A DNA stretch of 62,952 nt from Hydrolagus affinis (Eukaryota), in the NCBI GenBank assembly GCA_012026655.1, contig JAAILG010001699.1:1-62952 (forward strand). The letters are read 5' to 3'. Shown here one piece after another: positions 28,601 to 43,600 of this stretch. The notes under the pieces were generated by a model. That model did not search any database. It was not told the DNA's origin and saw only the letters and a list, made by a program, of their open reading frames with translations. Made by a program: the position numbers and the translations under genes. The stretch's first letter is position 1. Each line of letters opens with the position of its first letter.

Positions 28601-31600
28601 AAAAAAATTTCACTATTTCCTGATTTTTTTTCTCTCTTTCCCTTCCCCTCACCCCTGCAGCATGTCTATGGACAAACAAAGCACCAGTGGTATTCTCAAA
28701 GTCATTAGTGGTGTACAAATCCATGTGGGTCTTGCTGTGGACTGGATCTATAAGCACATTTACTGGACCAGTCTGAATATTCGGGCAATATCTATGGCTA
28801 CTTTTGATGGAACCAAAGTGAAGACACTCTTTGACACTGACCTAAGGGAACCAGCTTCTATAGCAGTTGATCCAATATCAGGGTATTCAAGTCTACTGTT
28901 ATCAAGTGTTAATTTCAGAAGGGTTTAATGAGTGAGGAGGCATTTACTATTTGATGGCCATCTTCCCAGGTAGCCTGGAAAGTTGGGACCAGGTTTCATT
29001 TGAATCCCATTGAGTTAACTCTGCTCTGCACTTGAACTTGAGTACAGTATCAAAGTTATGGGGCTTCCATGTTTTAAGGTGACCAAATGTAGGCATAAGA
29101 TAGTAACAGAATTCAGAATTACAACTTGAAATGTTATATAAGTGCAAACTTCAATTGACTTGTGTTTTGGTTGAGTTAATAAACACATTCCTCATTCCTT
29201 AAAGTACACCTTAAAAAATCAATGCAAATGCCAACATTTCAACAATTGTTACAATTCAAAAGTCCCTGAAGGGTCTCAGTGTTTAAGACTAAAGCTTTTA
29301 TTTTGACTATTTGCATTTTCCAAGGTTCATTTACTGGTCAGATTGTGGTGAGCCAGCAACAATTGAGAAATCAGGAATGAATGGTGGTGGTGGTCGTCAG
29401 CTCCTAGTTACCAAAGGAATTCAGCGGCCAAATGACATTACGCTGGGTAAGTGAAATACTTGCAATTGTCTAGCTCTCAAGTTGATAGACAATGACTTGA
29501 CTATCAACATCTTTCTTTAAACCAGATCTTGTGAAAAGCCGTCTCTACTGGGTTGACTCAAAGATGCACGTATTGTCCAGTGTGGACTTAAATGGACAGG
29601 ATAGAAGAACTATAGTCCAATCAAAGGAATTCCTCACTCATCCTTTCGGTGTTGCAATATTTGAGGTAGGTTTTTGGGGCAAAATATTGGGCAAATGTGC
29701 ACAGTAGCTTCTAGAAACTACATTTTGGCCAGTATTTAGATATTACAACCTAATTCATTTTGGTTGCTTCAATATGAATATTGTATATACAAGAGTTTCA
29801 AACAGTGTGTGGGGTTGGTGCTAATGGAACCAACCCCACTAGAATGGAAATGGTCCTTTCGTTCAGGAAAGTATACCATCAGATCATAAATTGCGGAGAA
29901 AAATAAAATTGTTTGATTGAATCCAAGGCACTATTGGCAAACGATTGGGAAAGGGTAAGATATTCGAACCATAGAAATTTATAGCTCAGAAAGCCACTGA
30001 GCACATTTGTCTGTGCTGGATTCAAATGGAAGATCATGACTTTAAGTGAATCTTTAAGGTAGAAGCCCAAATAATCTTGTTTCAGGACCATGTCTTCTGG
30101 ACAGATTGGGAGAAAAAATCTGTCTACGGAGCCAATAAGTTCACCGGTGAGGATATTGTGAATTTAGCCTCCAACCTTGAGGAACCTCAAGACATCATTA
30201 TTTATCATGAGCTAACTCAGCCACCAGGTAGGATGTCATCTTAATACAAAAACATTTGTAGTTTTAGTTGGCGAGAGTGAGAAGGATTCAGAAAAAGTCA
30301 AATTGCCAATTTACATTGCAGTTACTTTCTCTCTACGGATGGCCTCTGCTGTCACAATGTACACTATTGCTAACTTTGGGATGTCCTCCTGACATGAAAG
30401 GCGGAACACAAATTTTGTAAGCTTGCTGAAAATTATAACCTATTTTGTTATCTTGATGACCTTCAACAGAACTTGCTCTAAAAGGAGCTGTGCCTCTTTT
30501 TCTGTGCTCCATGCCATTTGAACAAAATGTTTTTTTTCATGTTTACTTATTTAAGGTTAGGCAGGAGTGTATAGAGTGAGAAGTGAACTGCCTATTTGAT
30601 TTCCCCTGGCATGTTTAATCTTTAAAGGACATTTATTGGGTTACATACTGCTCTTCTGCGCTTGCTTTAGTGGTGACAATTTTCAAAATTTAGTGCTAGC
30701 TATGGTTTCTATTGACTAAAAATTAAGGAATTTGCTTACAACAACAACAACAACAAATTAGACTTATAGAGCGCCTTTCACGTCGGGAGGACGTCCCAAG
30801 GCGCTGCACAGGAGGCGTGTGACCCAAGCTGGGGGGGGAGTGTATGGGAGGGGGTAAAAAATGTGGGGGAGGTTGAAAAATTAGGGGGGGAACAGAAGGC
30901 ACGGTTGAACAGGAAAGTCTTCAAACCGGCCTTGAAAGAGGAAAGGGAGGAAACAAGGCGGAGGGATCGGGGGATAGAATTCCATAGGGTGGGAGCGGAG
31001 AAACTGAAGGCCCGGCCTCCGATGGTGGGGCGGTTCGGGCGGGGGGCTTGGAGCAAACCAAGTCCTGCTGAACGGAGGGTCCGGGTGGGCTTGTAGGGGG
31101 AGAGTAGATCAGATAGATAGGGCGGGGCAAGGCCATGTAAGGCCTTGAAAACGAGGACAGGGATCTTGAACTCGATCCTCTGGGGGATGGGGAGCCAGTG
31201 GAGACGGGCGAGGGTGGGGGTTATGTGGTCACGGAGGCGGGTGCGGGATAGTACACGGGCTGCAGAGGTTTGGATGACCTGTAGCCTGTGAATGGAGGAG
31301 CTGGGGAGGCCGACTGGGAGAGAGTTTGCGTAGTCCAGCCGTGAGGTGATGTACGCGTGCTTTGGCAGCGTGGGGGGTGAGATAGTTGCAGAGCCTGGCA
31401 ATGTTGCGCAGGTGGAAATAAGCGGTGCCAGTCAAGGTGCGGATGTGGGGAAGGAAGGAGAGTTTATGGTCGAACATGATGCCGAGGTTCCTGACTGGCT
31501 TTGTGAGGTGGAGAGTACAGCCTTGGATGTTGATGCTGGCAGCGCCCGATGTGCGGAGGCGCTGGCTTGAGCCAATCAGGAGGGCCTCGGTCTTTCTCAC

Positions 31601-34600
31601 GTTCAATTGGAGGAAGTTGTCCCTCGTCCAGGACTCAATGTCGGACAGGCATGCTGTCAGAACATCAATGGTCTGGGGATTGAGGGATGAGGCTGAGAGG
31701 TACAGTTGGGTGTCGTCCGCATACATGTGGAAATTCACCCCATGTTTGCGGATGACATCGCCCAGAGGGAGCATGTAAATGGTGAAAAGGAGGGGGCCAA
31801 GAACAGAGCCCTGGGGGACGCCGTGAGAAACTGTGCGGGGGTTTGAGGAGAAACCGTTAGAAGATACAAAATGTAGGCGGTGGGTTACCTTTGTATAACA
31901 ATTAAGATGTATTGAAGATCCTTGATTTTCTAGATGTCTGTGGTGTTACCTCTTGAAACGGAAAGTCATTTCTACAAAGATTCCTTGCTCTTACCCTTTT
32001 TCTTCTCCTCACCCCACCAACATGAAACCAGTGTTTCTTTGACTTCAGTGATATTGCAATGTACACAATAAATCAGCCTCAATTTGTTTTCCTCCCTCCA
32101 TACATTGCAGGTCACCCAGAACTCTGCAGCCCATGTCCTCTCCCACACCAGGCTCTGTGAACCTTTCACCCCCATTCTCACCCGAGTCCACTGGCTTCCC
32201 ATCACACAGAGGACATGACTCTAGTTCCTGACCTCACCTTCAAAGCCTTACCTTCCCCACTACCGCACCTCTGGAACCTCCTAAACCCCTACCAATCTAT
32301 CCATTCCCTCGCTCAGCAGGCTCCAGCCTGCTTCACATCCCCCCACCCGCCCCTACATTGTTGGGCGAGCCATCAGCCACTCTGCCCCCAACCTTTGGAA
32401 TTCCATCCCGCAATCCCTCCATCTCCTAGCCTCCTTCAAGTTCCGCCTCAAAATCTTCCTCTTCGACCATTCCATTGGTCACCCCCCCTCACCCTTGGAA
32501 GGTCTCGCAATGTGAAAGGGACTATACAAATGTACTGCCTTTCTTTGGCACCTGAATCTTCAAAGACAGATTAACAAACTAGAATTTGGATTAAAATAAG
32601 GTACTATTATAATGACATGTGATAGTAACCAGTTTTAAAACAATGGGCTTCATTTGCATAGAAGTATCACATTTTCTCTCAGCTTTTACTCTGGGAAATT
32701 TTTCTGCTGATTACATTTTCTCCTTGTGCCTACATCTGATGATCAAACATAGGAAATATTTGCTTATAATTCACTTTAAGGCTTAAATTAGGTTACAACA
32801 GGAGCTTCTTTGAATCAAGTTTTTGGAGATCTCTAAGTATTTATGTGCCACACATTTGTTTGAACATTGGCCTGTGTGAGTTGCATTTCCATAACTGGTG
32901 TGTCATGTCCATACAGATCCTTCAGACTTGCCACTGTGATATAGCTATTGTCAAGACAGCTGTTTCTCTATGTGTAAATCAACATTTCTCATAGCCCAAG
33001 AATATGCTTTGACATAAACATCAGAGGATCCTGTTTTAGTATGGGTGTATGTATTTTTTTAAACAGGTGAAAACTGGTGCAATATGCACTTTACAAATGG
33101 AGGCTGTGAATACCTCTGTCTCCCTGCTCCTCGGATACATGGTTATTCTCCAAAATACACTTGTGTGTGTCCGCCTGGAATGCAATTAGAACATGATGAA
33201 AAGCATTGTAGAACAGGTAAATGAGAAGCAGTTGTTTTCACACTTGCAAAGGTAGCCATTTCCATGTACACGTTTACAAGACATGGAACTGCAGAGCCGA
33301 CAAGCACAAGAAGCAGAGCAGCTGCTTAGGTTCTAGCTTAAGAAGCAGCCATACTAACATACCATTGGTACTAATCTGAAGTCAGTGTGTTAAAATTTGA
33401 AATGGGCACTATAACTGATCTAAAGGTTACAAAACTTGTAATGCACACAATTAGGCTACAGTAGATAAGGGATTACTTCATAATTTGTTTCACAAGGTCT
33501 TCATACATCTTTGCATATGGAGAAGGGTTTGACTAACTTTGATTAAAATCCCCACATGAGAGGAGACAAATTGCCTAAACTGCAAGTTTTGTTTGCCTGT
33601 ACCTCCCCAGTTAGGACTGAGTCATCTAGCTAGTAAACCTATTCAATGAACTTGATTGAACTTGTCAGCGGTCCAGAGAAGGATCTTTAACAAGAGTTGT
33701 CTGATGGAACTTTCCAAGTGTCCCATTCAATACTTGATATTTAAATAATAACCTTAAAATTAGCTTGCAAATATACAGTCTATTGACTTTACAATATATT
33801 CTATGAAGTGTTTTGTTGCATAGTCTAATGTCCTAAGGCAATTTTGAATGTTCGTTCAACAGACTTGTGTCTTATTTCATTTAGTTAAATCCACCTGCAC
33901 AATATCAGATTTCATGTGCCACAATGGCCAATGTGTACCTGAGAGGTGGCAGTGTGATGGGAATACTGACTGTACTGATGGATCTGATGAAAGTCCAGAA
34001 GTCTGCCGTAAGTTCTATTTTAAACCATTCCCACCTTATCTGCACCTTGGGACGTCCTCCTGAAGTTCACTCTCCACAAATGTAATTTTGTTGTTGTTGA
34101 TTGTTCTATTTATTGATGGATCTGTTCCGTGTTTTTACCAGAGGTTATGCACTGCCCTGAAGTGGTTGTCCAATCCTCTGCTTTGTACTTCAATACTTTA
34201 CCCAGTGTGAAGGATACAATATAAATGCTTGTTATGACAATGCTCTATGAAAAGCAAAAGTTTCAGTACATTATAATACCTGCGTTTGAGCCCACAATAA
34301 CAATTGATGCAGATGCATCTTTTACTTTAGTTAAGTCTAAGGCATCTTTGGCGTCAGCAAACCAATTTATCGAAACTTTCAATGAATAAAGTTGAACCCT
34401 ATGACTTCTTCAAGCTGAATTGGCTTAGATTTTATCTTTTAAGTCCTCTCAAAAGCTATCAAAGATGTAGCCACATGTTCTTATGCCTGCTTTTTGACTG
34501 TACACCATGACTTAGTGTTATGGTTTCAATTGCACACCAACAATTAACTCAGTTGAGTACTGAATGGCAGCAACAGTATATCTGTCTTGTTGATGGATAG

Positions 34601-37600
34601 CGAGGATAAATGTTTATCAACCCCAAACTCTAATAGGTAAGATAATTCTAACTGCCAAAGACGGTGGTGACCAACGAGTGTAGTGTTTGAAGTTTCAGCT
34701 ATTGCCTAAGTGGTGCGTAATGTACATATCAACTTTTCCCTCCACAAGCTGCTGATCATCTAAAACTCTGCAGCTTGTGTCTTCTCCCGCACAGGGCTCT
34801 GTGATCTCATCACCCTTGTAAGGGACAAGGATGGAGACAACTAATACAGTGATAGAATAATCCAAGGTTTATTAAGTAATTAGCTATACCCCCGTGTAAC
34901 ATACGCGACCTAGTGTTTTTGAACACGTTTATTCATATATTTCAAAACTTTTTGAAAATAATGTATTTGTTGTTTACAAACAAAAGGGTGAGCTTTAATC
35001 ACTGGGTTGTTTTAATTTTTTAAGCTGTATTGGTTTTTATTTTCCTTTTAGAAGTTCATTGTTACAATNNNNNNNNNNNNNNNNNNNNNNNNNNNNNNNN
35101 NNNNNNNNNNNNNNNNNNNNNNNNNNNNNNNNNNNNNNNNNNNNNNNNNNNNNNNNNNNNNNNNNNNNNNNNNNNNNNNNNNNNNNNNNNNNNNNNNNNN
35201 NNNNNNNNNNNNNNNNNNNNNNNNNNNNNNNNNNNNNNNNNNNNNNNNNNNNNCACAGTGCCATCCCCATCAGGAGGACAGAATTGTGGAAACATGCCTA
35301 AGGCTTTTTTATATATATATATATATTTTTATATATAGATATAGATACAAACATCTTCATTTATTCTTAAAACTGAGACTATAGATACAGTAGAATCAAT
35401 ATGATTCCATTGGGAACGGTGCTGACCCGCTACATAACTTCAACTATTTCAAAGTTATATCTTTGTTTTATGTGTTTCTAACTCCACTCTCCTTGTTACA
35501 GAGAGCCCTCACGCTTCACAAGCTCCTAGAGATCTTTGAGCAGGCTCTTTTCACATGAGAAAATAACTGATAAGGAGAAACAGATATGGACAGCTAATTG
35601 GGAGGATTCCTGTTGCTTAGTATTGAGCTAATCAGATGTCCAGGAGTGTGCTTTGCTTCTCTGACCACCCCCTCCCCAACCCTGTTTTCACATATGCGCT
35701 CAAGGACATGATTGCTAAATTCCTAGATGGGAGAATGACAATAGAACCCAGATGAGGGAAAGTTATCAGAACCTGACCTCAGCCAGGGTCAAGCAATGTA
35801 TCTTTCATTTTGCAGATCAAGAATTCCTTCATAATTTATTTCAAAAGGTCTTCATGTATCTTTGCATATGGAGCAGAGTTAGACTAACTTATGATCAAAA
35901 TCTCCACATGAGAGGAGAATACCCTAAGTTAGTCATTGAAAACAGCCTGTTTATGCTCTCATAAGTAAGGAATGCTATACTACCCATATTATAAGTGTTC
36001 AGTTATATTTTAAAAGTATACTAATTAAAAATCATAAACAGTAAGTATCACTAATATAATCTTAAACACACACCTGGCTCCATTGGCTCCCCATTCCTCA
36101 GAGCATAGAATTCAAGACCTTCATCCTCATTTTCAAGTCCCTCCACAGCCATACTCCCTCCTAATTCTCTGACCTGTTGATCACCTATCAACTTGTCCGC
36201 TCCCTCCGCTAAGCAGTCTCCGCCCTCCATGTCTCCTGTCCGACCCGCTCTATCATCGACTGCCAGGATTTTAGCCCCTCTGTCACCACTCTTTGGAACT
36301 CCATTCCATAATCCCTCACCTTGCTACCTTCCTTGCATCGTTCAACGCTCGATTCAAGTCCCTGTTTTTCGACGTTGCCTTCAGCCGCCCCCCAACCTCT
36401 CTGCCTTCCCTCATGCTCAGGTTCTAAACCCCGACTGTTCAATACCATGGGATGTCACCCCGACGTGAAAGGTGCTCTACAAATGTAATTTTGTTGTTGT
36501 TGTAACAGACAGTACTACGAATCATAATGGGTTGATGTGAAATGTTGTGATTAATTATTGTTGCCTTTGCTGTGTGATTCAGGGTATTTTGTGTTGACAT
36601 TACTCTTAGAATGGCATCCCAGTTTCTATAAGCAACAACAAACTTACATTTCTAGAGTGCCTTTCACATCAGGGCGACATCCCAATGTGCAGAGATAAAT
36701 CTCAGATAAATAAGCACCTTTCTGAGATTCAAATGTGTGTATTTTAATGACTGTCAACAAGGCATAGCAAGAAAGCTGGTCATTTGCTATAAGTAACAAC
36801 TTTGCTGTTTTCTTCCTCAATTGATTCAGCATTCACTGGAACCTCACTATATTTCTCTTTCAGATATGAAGAAGTGTCCCATAAATGAGATCAGCTGTGG
36901 CCCTGGGTCATTGCAATGTATCCCAGTTGCCTGGAAATGTAATGGAGAAATAGACTGTGAAACTGGTAGTGATGAGAGAGACTGTGGTACGTTGAGAAAG
37001 TATTTACTCCACCAAAAGGCAAAACCCTTTTCTTCTTTCTCTTACCCCCCACTGCCTTTTATGAATATGTGTGAATGTCAGCATATCTAATTGTTTGGGA
37101 AAGAGGGAGAATTTTACACCTCATTAAGAAACATTACAGACCAGAGATTTGAATGTTCAAATCCCTGTCAGCTCAATCAGCTCTAGCTGTATGGGGGAAA
37201 CTTAACCTCAAAGGTTTTCAGATGTGCAGTCAGGCTCATCTGGGACACATACAGTGAGGTGGCCTGATGGTGCTCAGTGCCAAGATTCACAAATGAATGG
37301 GTATCTTGGTGGGATACTGTAAGGGAACCATACCCCAATGTGAGGAGGCTGGAGCAGATTTAATGAAAGAGAAAATTGGACATCAAAATTTAAAACAATC
37401 GCTTGTATTCAGCATTGCACAAAATTAAAGTAATGCACCAGAATAGCCACCTCGTACAAAATGCCAGTAGACATTTATAATGAAATTGGCCTACAGTGCA
37501 TCTGGCTCTCAAAAGCAGATGTATAAGAAGACGTTGCTATTTAAAACCTTCTGGGTTTATATTCAGGGATAATAAGGAATAAACCTTGTAATTTTGGATC

Positions 37601-40600
37601 ATTATTTTTTTATTCTGAACACTGCATGTAGTTTGTGTAGGAAGTACTCAAGTGTTCAAATCTACTCACCTACTGGCACCTCCTTCCCCAACATCATCAA
37701 TCCACCACCTGCCACCTCTGCTTAACTGGCATCAGCCTCCTGCTTGTCCCTTTACCCCCCCCTCCCCTTTTTCAAGTCCTACCTGAAAACTTACCTCTTC
37801 AACCCTGTTTAGGGCTACCACCCTATGCCTCAAAATCAGACTCCACCACTGTTAAGTGCTCTGAGACACTACCTTGCATGGAGAGTGCTTTATAAGTGTA
37901 CTTTTCCGCCCTTGGATAAGTCTCCCCCCTGGGACCCTCACAGAGGCCCTCACATCCTCCGACCTCCTACCCCTCTGGTCTTCCACCCACAGCAATCCTG
38001 AAGCAGCTGTCCAGCTGCTCCATGATCGCCTCTCCTCCACTTTCAACTCTCTCATCCCCCTTAAATCCAGATCTATCTCGAAACCCACCCGCTCCCCCTG
38101 GTACAACACTGATCTCCGCTCCCTTAAATCCCAAACCCAGCTGCTCGAGCGCAGGTGGCAGAAAACTGGCCTCACGGTTCACCACCAACTGTGGCTTGAG
38201 CATCTCCACAGCTACCGCTGTTCTTTGTGTCGAGCAAAAATGGCCTACTACTCTAACATTATCCTGGAGGCAAACAACAATCCCAAAGTCCTCATTTCCA
38301 CCATCCACCACCTCCTCCATGCATCCCCTCAGGCCTCCTCAATCTTCACTTCAAATGCGAAGTGCGAGGAGGTCATGGACTTCTTTTCCTCAAAAATCCA
38401 AAATATCCACCAGGCAGCCTCATCCTCCTGCCTCTCGTCACCCTCTACCACCCCCATCTCATTCCCCTCCCCGTCATTAGCTCCTACCTCGACCCCCTTC
38501 CTACACTCCTTCTCCCCAGTCTCTCTTTCCTCCCTCTCATGCACTCTCACCTCCTTGAAGCCAACCACCTGCTGCCTCGACCCCATCCCCACCAACCTAC
38601 TGCTCACCCAGCTCCCCCTCTGCCCACTGCTGGCTGATATCATCAACCAGTCCCTCTCCACGGGATCAGTCCCTGCCCCCTTCAAAACTGCTGCCATCAC
38701 CCTCCTCCTTAAGAAACCCTCATTAGATCCCTCAAATCCTAGCCATTACCGCCCTATTTCTAAACTGCCCTTCCTTTCAAAAGCACTGGAATGCGTTGTT
38801 GCCAACCAACTCCACGCCCACCTCTCCTCCCACTCCCTCTTCGAACCCCTCCAGTCCGGTTTTCGCCCTGCGGATAGTACAGAGACTGCGCTTGTGAAAG
38901 TCACAAATGATGTCCTCTCTATCTGTGACCAGGGCTCCCTCTGTCTCATTATCCTCCTGCACCTGTCCACTGCGTTCGACACAGTTGACCACGCCATCCT
39001 CCTCTACCGCCTGTCCTCCGTCATCCACCTCAGTGGGACCTCACTCACCTAGTTCGAGTCCTACCACGCAAACCGTCAGCAGTTTATCTCCATAAACAGC
39101 TTTTCCTCCCGCTCTTACCCAGTTACCTGTGGTGTACCCCAGGGATCCATCCTTGGCCCCCTCCTTTTCCTCATCTATATGCTCCCTCTTGGGGATGTCA
39201 TCCGCAGACATGGGGCACACTTCCACATGTACGCGGATGACACCCAACTCTATTTCTCCACTTCACTTTGCAATCCCCCAGTCCCCTGATGTTCTGTCAG
39301 CCTGCCTTTCAGACATCAGGAGCTGGATAAGCGCAAATTTCTTGCAGCTCAATGTTGACAAGATGGAGGCCATACTCTTTGGCTCTTGTCAACGTCTCCA
39401 TTCACATGGCTCTCACCTCCTCTAACTTTCCGGTCTCCCCCTGAAACTCTCTGAACCTGTGTGCAACCATGTTTGACCGCCAACTGTCCTTCCTCCCCAA
39501 CATCCAGCCCCTCACCAGCACTGCCTTCTTCCACTTCGGACGGATTGCCCGTCTCCAGCAATACCTCACCCCAAAACCAGCTGAAACCCTGGTCCACGCC
39601 TTTGTCACTTCACGGCAGGACTATTCCAATGCCCTCCTCACCGGTCTCCCCTCCACCACAATCCATAAAATCCAACTCATCCAAAACTCTGCCGCCCGCT
39701 TACTCACTCGCACCAAACTTCGCACCCCTATTACCCCAGTCCTTGCCAGACTTCACTGGCTCCCTATCTCTGAGAGGATCGACTTCAAAATCCTCACCCT
39801 TGTTTTCAAATCCCTCCACTCCTCTGCACCCCGCTACCTCTCTGACCTCCTCTCTCCTCAAACCAGCTGCGGTGCCTTCGTTCCACCGGGTCTGGCCTCC
39901 TCCATGTCCCCGAATCCTCCGCTCCACCCTCGGCAGCCGGGCTTTCGACCACTATGCCCCGAGGCTCTGGAATTCCCTCCCTCACTACCTTCGTCTTGCC
40001 CCCTCTTTTCTCAGTTTCAGGTCCCAGCTGAAGACCTTTCTCTTCGACCGCGCCTTTGGTCACCTTTCTACCCCTGCCCCTGGCTCGGTCCCGGAATCCG
40101 CTTTTGTGAAGCGCTCTGAGACGCCGTCCGGCGTGGAGGGCGCTATATAAAGGGAAATTGTTGTTGTTGTAAGTGAAAGTTGTTGGTCGCCTTGTGGTAA
40201 GAGAATAACGATGTGGGTTATAATTAAGATGGAACAGAAGGTTAAAGGGGGAGGAATCCAAATTATGGATTCTTTGGTAAGTCAGTAGCAAGAGAACATG
40301 CTCTTTTGTAGTGTGTTTGTTCAGCTGGGTGACTTGCTTGATCAACCTCAAAGTATAGAATGCAAGTGGCACATAGGTCAGACTGAGCAAGGATGGCACA
40401 TTTCCTTCCCTGGAGGTCATTAGAGAGCCATTAGGGTTTTCGCAGTCTGGCTGACTAGCATTTTCCCTGGCTAACTCAAATTACCAACCTCAAAACAGTA
40501 CAGCTGAGATCACAAACTTGTGAGTAGGGACGGTTCTTCATGTGTTTTGAATTATGTCCCAAAGCCATTTCCAAGTGTAACTTATGTACACTTACATATA

Positions 40601-43600
40601 GTTAACTGTGATGAGTTCCTGAAAATCAGTTAGATTTGCTTCTACTAATTAACAAATCTTGTGATGTATTGCAAATTAATTTAGATCACATTTATTTAAA
40701 GGAACTGTCTTAACTTTCTTTTACAAAAAGCTTTTGTTTTCCCATTCACCTCGTTTTAGGCCACCTCACTTGCAGTCCAGTAGAGTTCACATGCTCTAGT
40801 GGTCGATGCGTTTCCAAGACCTTTGTCTGCAATGGGGAGGACGATTGTGGTGATGGAAGTGATGAACAAGGCTGTGCAGCATCTCCCTGTGGCCTGCATG
40901 AATTTCAGTGCAACAATTCTGAGTGTATCCCTGTGACCTGGGTGTGTGACCACAATGCTGACTGTACTGATCAGTCTGACGAATCTCCAGGGCACTGTGG
41001 ATACACACTTCCCCCTCCTATGTTATGTTCTTCAAGTGAGATGCAATGTGATTCTGGTGAATGTATCCACCGGCAATGGTACTGTGATGGTGATGCCGAT
41101 TGCAAGGATGGATCTGACGAAATTGACTGTCGTACGTAGTTTGTTTTTACATTTCAATGCTCCTGATACTTTCAGACGTGCTCTGTTCACTCCCTGCTCT
41201 GATGGCTGCGATTCACTACTGCTCAAGTTCACCCAGATCTTTCTTGATGGGAAACTTCTGTTCCATGAGCACAAAATATTTTGTATAGAGCCTTGTATAT
41301 TGCAAAGTATTGTTGCTAACAGCTGCGATGTGAATGACTAATCTGAATTTTCATTAGGAGCAGGGATTCTTCTGCTTCAACTACTCTTAACACCGCAAGT
41401 CAAATCCCTGTTGGGTCGTGTAATCCTAGCAGCAGGAAACAGTGCTTTAGATGGCAAGCCATTGCAGTATTAACTCCTTAAACCTCAGCAGAATCCAATG
41501 CACCCTCTGGGATCCCAAAGCCTTGGCTCTTGCCAACTTGTGTTTAAAATAGTCCGAAGCTGGGCAAGCAGGAAGACTCCCTCTGCGGAGAGAGAGACCC
41601 TTGAATTTCTATGTGTACAAATGCATGCACACATGCAATGCTGTTTAGTTTGAATGGTGATTTCCACATGTCAGACCCTGGTTAACCAAAAATTGTTGTC
41701 CAAGGCACCAGGAGCAACTTTACCTTTTCAATATATTCTGTGAAGCTCTTTGAGACATCTAGAAGACATGAAAAGCACAACATCAAATGCGAGGAATGTT
41801 ATTATCTTCCCTTGTTTAGTACTTCGCTTCTTTCACCAATGTTTAGTAACCTTTCTCTTCGACCGCACCTTTAGTCACCTTTCTACCCCTGCCCCTGGCT
41901 CGGTCCCGGGATCCGCTATTGTGAAGCGCTCTGAGATGCCGTTCGGCGTGGAGAGCCCTATATAAATTGAAGTTGTTGTTATTGTTAACAGTCCAAAGGC
42001 CAAGTGCATAAGTGATAAATTCGGATTATACCTAAATATGGATTATACCTGGAGTCCTGTAGCTCAGTGGTTAGAGCACTCACCTTACAAACGTGAGACC
42101 CGTGTTTCCAATCCAGGCAGGTTCACATGCAAAACCTTGGGCAAGTTTCCATGCTCTACATGCCTAATAATAATCCCTCCATAAATTGTTCATTTTCAAT
42201 CCTGTTTGTGGAACACTTCTTTGCCAAATTGGCTTCCATGTTTCACCCACAAATCTAGTCAATTCACTTTACAGTATATTCCATGAAGCGCTTTGAGACG
42301 TCTAGAAGACGCGGAAAGCACTATATCAAATGCAAGGATCATTTATATTGTTAGAGTAAAACTTCTCTAGTTGGGAATAAGGTTACAGCCAGCCTCTATC
42401 CCTTAATAGGTTCTTTATTCAGGTTTGCTCAAGGAGCTGACACTAAAGCATATAAAATGACTACAAGGCACAAACAATACACTAGGTTTCTCATAATGCA
42501 ATCTCATACACCAATATACTACCTGGCACGCATTCTTCAGGTTAAAAGGGAATAGTCCTTTCTCTTCCTTGCCTCCTTCTTCGAGGTCTGGGGTGGGAGT
42601 AGTCCTTTCTCTTCCTTGCCTCCTTCTCCGAGGTCTCGGGGGTGGGGGTTGCCTCTTCTCAGTTGGTCTTGGGGAAAAGTAGTCCTTCCTCCTCCTTGCC
42701 TCCTCTCAGTCGGTCTCAGGGAAAAGTAGGGATGTTGATCTCTTTGGGGGTCTGCTGTCATGTTACAGCTCTTCCATCAGTTGGTTCCCTTTCTCGAGAG
42801 CGGTTTGGCTACTGTCAGTTACAGTTTCTTCCATCAGTTGATTCTCCTTCTCGAGAGCGGCTTGGCTACTGTCACGTTACAGTGTCTTCCATCAGGTCCT
42901 TCTCCTTCTGCTCCTCTGTCTCCGCTCTGCTCTATTCCTTTGTCTCAACACTTTTATCCTTTCTTGGTCGCATGGTGTTCACGTGAACATCTCATGCCAC
43001 TCTCAGACATTCTCCGTATTCCACGTCCTCTTTTACACCCAACTCTGCCTTTCTTCGCAAACGAGCTCTTCTTATCGCAGTCTGTTCTAATTGGTTTCTA
43101 ATGGTGACCTTGACGACTCAAACTATGTGTAGCAACTTCCTTTATCTTATACAGCAGTTATACAAAAACATCACATGGCATCATTCTAGCCCACTCTCTG
43201 TTTTTAACAGTCTGTACTAATTTTAACCAGTTCTTCACCAACCTTAACAGTCCCCACCTTGATACCGAATTAACATGAGGTATCACACAATCTTTATACT
43301 TGTTTGTATACATAATCCCTTTCTTTCTGAACACCGGGGTCGTGATGCAACGCGTCAAACAAATCTTCAGAACATTAAACAATACGCAACAAACTAACAA
43401 TATCACTATCATTAATGCATGCAAAAGCCAACCACTCCATTATTTCTGTTCCCTTCCGATTATTCTTTTACTTTGTTCACCCTTTTCGCCTATTCCCTCT
43501 TATCCGATTCTGCCTCGGGTCTCAATATCGCATTATGACCTAAGTCTTCACTTTTGGAGTTTACCTGTCATCTACCTCTTGTGATGACGCTCAATTACTG

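Noticed and set aside
35030-35338. ORFs containing X runs (also 53210-53620)
   Set aside because: Artefacts of translating through N gaps.
34817-35500. Possible solo LTR (TGTAA...TTACA, reverse AATAAA) interrupting an L2 remnant
   Set aside because: No target-site duplication was found and the region spans an N gap.
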